DNA from: Octopus vulgaris
Taxonomy: Eukaryota
DNA: 64,000 nt
NCBI GenBank assembly: GCA_951406725.2
Contig: OX597820.1
Coordinates: forward strand, 119,164,001 to 119,228,000
Reading direction: 5' to 3'
The position numbers and the translations under genes are program-made. Under the pieces are notes generated by a model. That model worked only from the letters and a program-made list of their open reading frames with translations. It searched no databases and was not told where the DNA came from. This document shows positions 54,891 to 64,000 of the stretch, piece after piece (within the stretch, counting starts at the first letter, position 1; each line of letters starts with the position of its first letter).

Positions 54891-55504
54891 ATACCTGCAA
54901 TCTAGTGATGTGGTGGTGAAAGCAACAAAGAAAACAACGAGTGGTTAAATAACACGTGACCTGAAAGAATGCAGGAAGGGATGAGATACCCAAGGGTGTC
55001 ATGGGGAAGTACATTCCAAAGAATCTCACTTGAAATGAAACATATTTTAGATCAGCATCATTCTCTTAGGATCAGCATCTTCCTCAGATGGGTATATGAC
55101 TTCCTGTCCTCGAATACAATTTTTGTTTGTTTCTCTGTCATTCTTGTGAAAGATGTTTGCATATGTAATCACGAATAAAAAGCTTTTTGTATTCGTCATT
55201 GACCATTCCTAGAATGGACTTCAGCCTACACAGATTATCTCTTTTAAATATTTAACCAGTTTTAGAAATGGTTTCAATAATATGTACTAAAAATGTATGA
55301 ACGCAATGGATTCCGTTTGTTCTCGCTGCTGTTATTGGTCTCAATTCCAAATCGTTTTGTCATAGAAATGTAATGCTTATAATTGCGGATCCTTCGCATG
55401 CTTCACTTATCTTGATTTCGTCAATTTCACCTGAGCCACAGCAAAGTCTATATTCATATTTACAACTCGTGCGACTATCATAATCTTGGTGCATCATTAG
55501 TGAG

Positions 55505-55724
55505 AAGGCACGTGACTTATTGGCCAGGTTATTCGCCTCTCGATTGTAAAACCTTGAGTTCATAACCGGCGGCGCATAGTGCCCTTCAACAAGACACTTT
55601 ATGTCACATTATTCCAGACCACTCATTTGGTAAAAACGAATTGCTTAAGTAACTCAAAAGGCCAGCCTTGTCCCAATCTGTGTCAAACTGAATCTCTGAA
55701 AACTACGTTAACGGCACGCGTCTC
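55505..55724 (+). mobile_element. old SINE with E-like centre and B2-like tail
   Basis: CAAGACACTTTAT (as in E) followed by CAAAAGGCCAGCCTTGTC...CTGAATCTCTGAAAACTACGTTAA (as in the B2 tail). Confidence 0.55.
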
Positions 55725-55935
55725 TATTTTCCCGAGTAGTCAGACTGGTTCATCCCCACCGTAGTATTTCCCATTCCCGCTGGAAGTACTATGATGGAAT
55801 TGTCATTGTAGTCTTTTGATAGCGAACTTTTCTTTCTTACTAATGTTTGGTTTGGGAAGTTTCGCTTTTTCTAGTACCAGTCTCACTGTTCACCTTAGTT
55901 CATCTCCCTGAGCCCGGAAAAATTGGCATGTCTTG
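55725..55935 (-). pseudogene. inverted N-terminal RT segment of the Penelope-like element
   Basis: Minus strand translates (with frameshifts) LVLEKAKLPKPNISKKEK/AIKRL/DNSIIVLPA/GNTTVGMNQSDYSGKI, the Penelope pre-RT motif region (xxADKGxxxVVM). Confidence 0.8.
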
Positions 55936-55937
55936 TA

Positions 55938-56160
55938 AGCGGAGAGCTGGCAGAAACGTTAGCACGTCGGGCGAAATGCTTAGTGGTATTTTGTCTGCCG
56001 TTACGTTGTGAGTTCAAATTCCGCCGAGGTCGACTTTACCTTTCATCCTTTCGGGATCGATAAATTAAGTACCAGTTACGCACTGGGGTCGATGTAATCG
56101 ACTTAATACCTTGTTTGTCCCCTCTATGTTTAGCCCCTTGTGGGTAATAAAGAAATAGGT
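55938..56160 (+). mobile_element. SINE family C, full-length, at the Penelope inversion junction
   Basis: GCGGAGAGCTGGCAGAAACGTTAGCACG...GAGTTCAAATTCC...GTAATAAAGAAATAGG. Confidence 0.9.
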
Positions 56161-57689
56161 AGCTACAGCAAACTAAAGAACAACCCAACTCTGAAAACAG
56201 AGAGAAAGCTGTCACAGATCTTGATTAAGAACAAGGATCACTTTACACCAATGAAGTACAGACAACTGACTCAACACTACCACACATGTACGGTCTCCCT
56301 AAGATTCACAAGGATGGTATTCCTTTAAGACCAATAGTGACCTGTAGAGGTTCAGCATGGCATCAATTGACACGCTTTCTTGTGGATATAATCAGTCCAT
56401 TAGCAGGAAAGTCAGCCTCGTCCGTGGAGAATTCCATCCACTTCACAGAATTGATTAAGGATACCCCCATTAAATCCAACCAGATGGTGAGTCTAGATGT
56501 GATAAGTCTGTTCACCAAAATCCCAACTGGTGAAGCACTATCGGTGATTCAAGAGAAACTAGTGACAGACGCCCATCTAAAAGAACGCACTAGTAAACCA
56601 ATAAGAAACCTGATGGAAATGTTGACCTTGTGTGTAGAAACTACTTATTACAACATGGACACTGATATATATCGACAAGAAGAGGGTTTAGTTATGGGTT
56701 CGCCATTATCACCGACAATATCCAATATATACGTGGAATACTTTGAGAATTTGGCTTTAGGATCAACACCACTAAAACTAACCCTATGGTTGCGATATGT
56801 TGATGACAACTTTATACTCTGTCCCCACCCGGAAGATGTCCAAGTTCTGTTAGATCATGTGAACTCAATAAAGCCTTCCATACTGTTCACAATAGAAAAG
56901 GGAAAAAAGGCAATCAGCTAGCATTCCTGGACGTATTAATAACACGCATCAAGTATGGATTCAGGACACCCGTATACCGTAAGCCAACCTTCACTGGCAA
57001 TACCTTAACTTCAATTCCTACCATCCATACAGTGTAAAGAGAGGGATTGCTCAGTGCTTAAAATATCGAGCAAAGAATATAAGTAGCGATCGTGATACCA
57101 CGAAGGAATTTTCAAGCTCAGTTAGAATCTATTAAGCAACGACTACTCCAAAAGTATACTCTCCACTCCAATTACGAAGAAAAGAGAGGAGGGAACCGAT
57201 AAACTGTCCCCAGTCTGTCTACTCTATGTGAAAGGCCTCTCCGAAAAGATACAAAGGACATGCGGCCCATATGACATCAGAAGAGTTCTCAAGTGTAATA
57301 CAACACTTCGCAAATATCTCCGAGTAAAACCACCAATAGAAGAGAATATGACAAAAACCTGCGTGTACTCGATCCCATGCAGCTGTGGTATGTTATACAA
57401 AGGCGAAACATGCCACCCCATCAAAATAAAGGTAAAGGAACATCGCAAAGTTGTGACAGGGGGAGATATTGATAAATCAGGTACAGCTGATCATGTATGG
57501 AAAATGGAGACCACCTTCCCCTGTGGGATGAAGTTAAGAGAAAAGACAGAACACCACTGGAAAATACGAAAACTAAAAGAAGCAGCACATATGCTAGGAC
57601 AAAACAACTTCCTAAGTAGACCGAATGCAAATATGAAGAACATATGGGAGCCAGTATTAAGGAAGGATAGGAAAATATTAGATTTATAA
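56161..57689 (+). mobile_element. Penelope-like element: reverse transcriptase + GIY-YIG endonuclease, frameshifted
   Basis: RT motifs YGLPKIHK..PLRPIV, SLDVISLFT, GLVMGSPLSP and WLRYVDD (56286-56921). GIY-YIG CVYSIPCSCGMLYKGET...KEH (57228-57689). Confidence 0.95.
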
Positions 57690-57720
57690 GCCCTAAAATT
57701 CAATTTTTTATTTGCTCACA

Positions 57721-57990
57721 GGCATATGGCGTAGTGGTTAAGAGCGCGGGCTACTACCCACAAGATTTCGAGTTCGATTCCAGATCAATCACCTGAATAA
57801 TAATAATAATTATTATTAATAATAATAACAATTAAATCGAAAAATACCTTAGGAATGAGAACACAGGTTCGAAATTTCCCCAAAACACCCGCTGGAGGGT
57901 ATATCAGCCGAAACGTTGTGTTAACAACAAACAAGATGAGGACAAATATCCGTCTAATGTAAATAATTCCTCATAGCTTAAATATAGAAA
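57721..57990 (+). mobile_element. family F SINE: intact tRNA-like head + hammerhead remnant tail
   Basis: A box TGGCGTAGTGG (57727) and B box GAGTTCGATTCC (57770). AACAC..GCTG-gagggtatat-CAGCC-GAAAC-GTT-GTGTT (57884-57922), with the CTGATGA core deleted. Confidence 0.8.
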
Positions 57991-58380
57991 AGAATTCATC
58001 GTCTTTATTCTGTTCTAATAATTCTTTTTTTTTTTTTTGACCGTAATTTTCTACAGAATTCTGATTGGACCTAATTTCTTTGTATGTAGATCTTCGTGTG
58101 TTGAGATGTAAATTTTAGTCTGTGTATATCAAATAGATTTATTGCTAACATCTTACTATTCGGTATTCCTGTGTGTTTGGTTCCAATGGGTACTTCACAC
58201 CTCTGGACGAGGTTTTAAATGTAGTCGCAGTAGATTTGTTACTTCCATTTGTTAGTGTTTGTTCCTTCCCCATTTCAGTTTGAAATGTAATTTTCTTGTT
58301 TTTTTATTGTTTAATAAAAGTACTTTGGGATTCCATGTTATTTAGAGGACTTTAAAATTTATTTCTATAATTTCCCATGG

Positions 58381-58551
58381 AGCAGGTATGGTTGTGTGGC
58401 AAGAAACTTGCTTCATAGCCACATGGTTCTAGAATCAGCCCCACTGGGTAACATAGTCGGTAGGTATTTTCTAGTAGGGCCTCGGGTCGACCAAAGCCTT
58501 GTCAGTGGACTTAGTAGACGGAAACTGAAAGAAGCAAGCTCGCCGTATATA

Positions 58552-58628
<77 letters not shown>

Positions 58629-58810
58629 GTGTGTGTGTTTGGGTGTGCTTCCGTACCCGTAACATAGCGGTTCATCAAAAGAAACCGATGGAATAAGTAC
58701 CAGGCTAAAAAAAAAATTATACGAGGATCAACTCGATGGATTAAAACTGCTTCAAGGTAGTGCTCCAGTATGGCCGGAGTCTCATAACAGAATCCAGTAA
58801 AATAAAGAAA
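58381..58810 (+). mobile_element. diverged SINE family A
   Basis: Colinear with the family unit. Confidence 0.75.
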
Positions 58811-59232
58811 AAGATGAAACTTATATTTCCAACGCAGTTGTTGTTTCTGCTTTGCAAAATTTCGAATTTGTGAGATTTGGTTTCTATTCCTGGACCGCAA
58901 AATATTTAAATCAATATTTAAAGTTGGTCTTCAACTCTTGTATTTTCTTGAACATTTATAATTTGATTTTCTGAGGTGTTTACTCATTTCTGCTTATGTT
59001 TGTACATGCTTTGACGAATATATATAGATATATATATAAACAAATATACGCATACAATTATCTCAGAGTTGCACAGCTCCAAATGTCTGTATATGAATTT
59101 CCTCATTCCTGTCTCGGTATTAGGTTGTTTACATGTTTACAACTCTTACTCGCGTTCTTTTTTTTTTCTTTTTGCCGTTTTGCGTATAAAGCTGCAAATT
59201 CCCACAGAATTTACAACCTGAGAAGAGAAGTA

Positions 59233-59546
59233 CGAAGGTGAGTCAAAAAGTAATGCCATTTTGTTTAGGACAGGTATAATTACCAAAAGAGGAACATGTA
59301 TCATACATCAAAATGAAGCTGGTCCTCTGTGGATCACATCCCTACTTCTCAATATAGTCACAGTCTCTCTAAATATCAAAGTTCCACCTTCAAATGAGAG
59401 CGTGTATCCTTGCCCTGTAATATTCTGTTGACTGTTCTTTGAGCCACTTCTTCACTACAGTTTTCCCCTCCTCGTCAGACTATCAACTCTTCGGCCCCAT
59501 GAAAGAGGGTTTGAGAGGTAAACATTATTCCAGTGACTCACCCTAG
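59233..59546. mobile_element. mariner deletion derivative with transposase remnants
   Basis: TA|CGAAGGTGAGTCA ... TGACTCACCCTAG|TA. Translates SDYQLFGPMKEGLRGKHYSS (+) and DEEGKTVVKKWLKEQSTEYY...DYIEK* (-). Confidence 0.85.
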
Positions 59547-60161
59547 TAAAATGGCCATCAAGTATCTTTTCCTTTTTTAGACCCTTTTTTTCTTAAGGAA
59601 ATATTTTCCTGCATCCATGTTTGTAACGGAACAAAAGACTTGAACATCTGCCTTATTTTGGTATGTGTTTAATTAATGTTGTCACACGTAAACATATAAC
59701 ACTCACACACACACACGCACGCACACACACACACACACACACATATGCTTACGAACAAACACAGACAGAGGCCCTGGCAACGATACACTTCCCCCACTCA
59801 CGTTCCTCCAAAAGTCTTTACATGAGTAAAATGCCATCTATATGCAAATGTACATATATAATAATTCTGACACACACTTTCACACTCAAACACTCTGTAT
59901 GTGCATGTATATGCATGTGTGTGTGTGTGTCTATGTATTTATTGACATGTTCGTATGTATGTGTGTGTGTGTGTGTGTATGTGTTTGCGTGTGTGTTTAT
60001 AAGTGTGAAACATATATTCCTGCTATACAGGCACACGTATCAATGTTTCTATGTATGTGTATATGTATACATTACGCTAACCTTTGGAACCTCGGATCTG
60101 AAATATAATAGAAAATATCTAGTTTCCGAGATAAAAAGAACACAGGCCTGCTAGCACTCAC

Positions 60162-60285
60162 TGCTTGATTGGATCACGAAAGTTGTGCCTGAATGACAAT
60201 AACGCAAGTGGGTGCAGGTCGCATGATCTTGTTGCAGATAGGAAGTCCGATGGATCCTCTTAAGTAGATCATTGTACGTTTGCAG
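60162..60285 (-). other. candidate 124-bp exon
   Basis: tttctcgtcttgacag|CTGCAA...AAGCA|gtgagt; open in one frame (LQTYNDLLKRIHRTSYLQQDHATCTHLRYCHSGTTFVIQSS); lies in a non-repetitive, higher-GC patch. Confidence 0.3.
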
Positions 60286-60521
60286 CTGTCAAGACGAGAA
60301 ACACTCGACCCAGCCTTGAATTAGTCCCACTGACAGGATCGACATCTATTTTAAATGGCTCGGTTAATCAGCATTGGTGATGGGACGCGATGCTTGTTAG
60401 TGTAGAAGGTTCGTGTGACTGCCTAGATGTGCGTACAGTTATGAGTGTATATCTATGCGTGTTTTGTCTGGGCGTGTGTGTGTGTGTATGTGCGTGCGTC
60501 CGTGTGTGTGTGTGTGTGTAT

Positions 60522-60565
<44 letters not shown>

Positions 60566-60734
60566 GAAATATCAGGGTAAGGAATCTGAGAACAGGATCA
60601 GGAATGAGGGATGAGATGTTAATATAACATTTGAGAACAATGAAAAGGAAAAAAAACGCTGCCAAAAAGGGGAAAGGGTAGGAGATTAAAATGTGAGAAA
60701 TATATAAAGAGGAAAATATAGAGAAAAAGTGCGA

Positions 60735-60845
60735 GGGGGAGAGGGAGAGGGAGAGGCAGTATGGAGAGAGATAGTGGCAGAGGGAGGGAGAGGGAGAGGG
60801 AGAGGCAGTATGGAGAGAGATAGTGGCAGAGGGAGGGAGAGGGTG
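60735..60845. repeat. 49-bp G/A-rich tandem duplication
   Basis: GGCAGTATGGAGAGAGATAGTGGCAGAGGGAGGGAG at 60755 and 60804. Confidence 0.85.
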
Positions 60846-61229
60846 AGTGACTGCTTAAATACATTTATTGAGAAAAATAAACGCTGAGTGGAAAGGAAAG
60901 GATTTTGAAAATAAGTGACTGTCGAAATAGGCTGGAAATGACAAATAATTAAGGGATGGAACTACAGTTAAGGGGATAGTTTAGGGGACGGGAAGTTAAA
61001 TAAGCTTAGAAAGTGTGAGAAGAAGAGTCTAATTGGTTGAGAAGGAATTGAAGAAAACGCTGAAGAATATGAAAAGTAAATGAAGTTGATCACGTGAACA
61101 ATAGTGATGACTCTCACACGTACACACGCACACACGCACACACACATACACGCACACACGCACACACGCACACACACATACACGCACATGCATGAACACT
61201 TGCAACCATTCACACAAACATCAGACATA

Positions 61230-61473
61230 TACTCTTTACTCTCTCTTTTACTCTTTTACTTGTTTCAGTCATTTGACTGCGGCCATGCTGGAGCACCACC
61301 TTTAGTCGAGCAAATCGACCCCGGGACTTATTCTTTGTAAGCCTACTACTTATTCTATCGGTCTCTTTTGCCGAACCGCTAAGTGACGGGGACGTAAACA
61401 CACCAGCATCGGTTGTCAAGCAATGCTAGAGGGACAAACACAGACACACAAACATATACACACAAATACATAT

Positions 61474-61529
<56 letters not shown>

Positions 61530-61692
61530 GACAGGCTTCTTTCAGTTTCTATCTATCAAATCCACTCACAAGGCTTTGGTCGGCCCGAGGCTACAGCAGA
61601 AGACACTTGCCCAAGATGCCACGCAGTGGGACTGAACCCGGAACCATGTGGTTGGTTAGCAAGATACTTACCACACAGCCACTCCTGCGCCT
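61230..61692 (-). mobile_element. SINE family A, full-length
   Basis: Match to the family unit. Confidence 0.92.
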
Positions 61693-61953
61693 CCTATGTA
61701 TATATGTATAATACATGTGTGTGTGTGCGTTTCAGTGTATGTGTGTATGTGTGTGTGTGTGTTTGTGAATGTTTGCGTATTTCCGAATGCCCATACCGCA
61801 GCAGTACCCGTGGTAAGGTATATTTAAATATAAAGAACTGAAATATAAAAATCGGGATGCAAGTAAAGAAGCGGAAAATGAAAACAAAACAAATAAACAA
61901 AACTTTTAATCATCGTAGAATTCCGTAAGTTTAGCAGCTCGAAACAAACTGCA

Positions 61954-62378
61954 GGATCTTTTCGGTTTGAACGGCAGTTTTTAACATAATTTCTAGGTAA
62001 CTAAAAAATTTTAAACTTCGTATACTGGTAGAATGTGTTTATAAAACATCTTTTTCTCTTGGCTTTATTGAGAAAATTCTATAGTTTGTAAGATATTTGT
62101 TGTTTTTTTTCTTCAATTTCTGCAATTTCAACCAATCAGTGACGTCTATTGAGGTAAAAAACATTCTGTGCTGTATGAATATGTCCCTCGTTTAAGAAAC
62201 AGATTGGGTTTATTTACATTTGTGAAGAAATAAAAGATACCCTTCCCCCCACCCCAAACCCTAACCCTAACCCTAAAACAGATTGAAATGCAATAGATCG
62301 ATACTAGGGTCATATTTATGGGTGACAATTTCATATGACACCGCCAAAAAAAACTGCCGTTCAAACCGAAAAAAATCC
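61954..62378. mobile_element. MITE with 29-bp TIRs and 8-bp TSD (Merlin-like)
   Basis: GGATCTTTTCGGTTTGAACGGCAGTTTTT ... AAAAACTGCCGTTCAAACCGAAAAAAATCC; TSD AAACTGCA (61946-61953 / 62379-62386). GG termini with an 8-bp TSD fit Merlin. Confidence 0.85.
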
Positions 62379-62461
62379 AAACTGCATCTGGAGATTGTGA
62401 CGAATGCAGACTTTCGATTCTCTTCGATTTATTTTTGAAGTGTCATCGTTTAAACTTTATT

Positions 62462-62645
62462 AGTGGCTGTGTGGTAAGAAACCTGCTTCCCAGCCACATG
62501 GTTCCGAGTTCAGCTCCACTCCATGACAGAATATGTACCAACCTTAAAAATATTTAAGTACCGGGGTCGATACATTTGAGTGAAAACACTTGAAGGTGGT
62601 GCCCCAGCATGGCCGCAGCCTAATGACTGAAACAAGTAAAAGATA
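62462..62645 (+). mobile_element. internally deleted SINE family A
   Basis: Head joined almost directly to the 3' tail. Confidence 0.75.
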
Positions 62646-62789
62646 TAAAAAAAAGAGAGAGATTTTTATATGTAGTATGCAATCGATATAAACTTTTACT
62701 TCTCCTTAAATGCAACTGTCGACGAATTGCTGTGCTCGAAAGATTATTCTTAGTATAATCGAAATCTAAATCTAATTACTGCAAAAAAG

Positions 62790-62824
<35 letters not shown>

Positions 62825-62965
62825 AGAAAATACCTGTCGTATTCTTTTCAATGTTTATTTCGATATTTTTACGTATGTTTAGCGCTTTGCACAACGCATT
62901 CTGTCGCTTTGCATAACGGATAATTAAAGCATTAAATCATTACAGAATTCTGTTAAATTAGTGGT

Positions 62966-63027
<62 letters not shown>

Positions 63028-63896
63028 CGTCTACGTGGATCGATATTTTGAAAGGAATTTGCTCTCCTGGTGGTTCTTGATAACAATATCAAGAGATTAG
63101 ATTAGATTTCTTTGACGGGGAACAAGAATAGTCCTGAACAAATAATCGTATTAAATTCAACAAGTGTTTCGCTCATTCAGCCTTCTCTTTTATATACATT
63201 TCACGATTAGGTCTCCTCAATATAACCGTGGTGTGAAGGCGGTGAGCTGGCAGAATGGTTAGCGGCATTTTGCCCGCTTTTGGGGTCAGTAAAAATAAGT
63301 ACCAGTTGGTCACTGGAGACGCTGAAATCGACTTACCTACTCCCTCGGGACAGCTGGCCATGTGCTAAAATCGGAAACCAAAGTAACCGTGTAGCGTATA
63401 CTTATATAATGACTATTGATTGTTACTTTAATTAATGATTTGTAGATTGGCAGAATTATAAGAACGTCTGAAAAATTGCGTTGCGTTATATTTTCCGGCT
63501 TTTTACGTTCTGAGTTCAAACACCACCGAAGTCAGTTTTGTGGGTTATTCTTCTTGGGTCGATAAAACAAATTACAGTTATAAAAAATATGTACTGTCAA
63601 TTGTTGTGAGTTAATATATCGACTAATTACCGCCCATCAAAATTGCTAGAATTGGTCACACAGGGCTGAATAGAGAAGGGACAAATACAAATGCAGAGCA
63701 TGGGCTCAGTTATGCTTAGATACCGCCCAAATGTGTACAGCACTATTTTCTGGCGCCGTATGCATATCTAACACTTCCACTTGGCAGCACTTTTGTATTA
63801 TTTCCTTGGAAAAAAGCTTCGAATGTATACGAAGCAAGGACGGAAAAACGGACGATGTTACACGAATATAAATACAAAAATAATACGAAAAAAAAC

Positions 63897-63929
<33 letters not shown>

Positions 63930-63949
63930 GGGCATCACAAAAGGCGTTT

Positions 63950-64000
<51 letters not shown>

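Overview
This is an AT-rich, repeat-saturated eukaryotic non-coding window. The SINE families and microsatellite load look like an Octopus (coleoid cephalopod) genome; this is recognised from memory, not from a search. No intact protein-coding gene is supported, and nearly all ORFs in the track are microsatellite or SINE read-throughs. Family letters (A, B1-B3, C, D, E, F, G, H) are my own labels. Contents: (i) many tRNA-derived SINE copies in several families, some nested with clear target-site duplications (TSDs); (ii) a decayed Penelope-like element (RT + GIY-YIG) with an inverted 5' segment; (iii) a cluster of R4/Dong-like retroelements inserted in (TAA)n tracts; (iv) RTE and other LINE relics; (v) piggyBac-, mariner- and Merlin-type MITEs; (vi) very large simple repeats. 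The most interesting signal is a tRNA-headed (Pol III) SINE with a Penelope-type minimal hammerhead ribozyme in its tail. It occurs directly behind the Penelope ORF and also as a head-to-head inverted pair, and other minimal hammerheads are scattered in the window. This suggests a Penelope-mobilised ribozyme SINE (retrozyme-like) system. A few isolated candidate exons are listed at low confidence.
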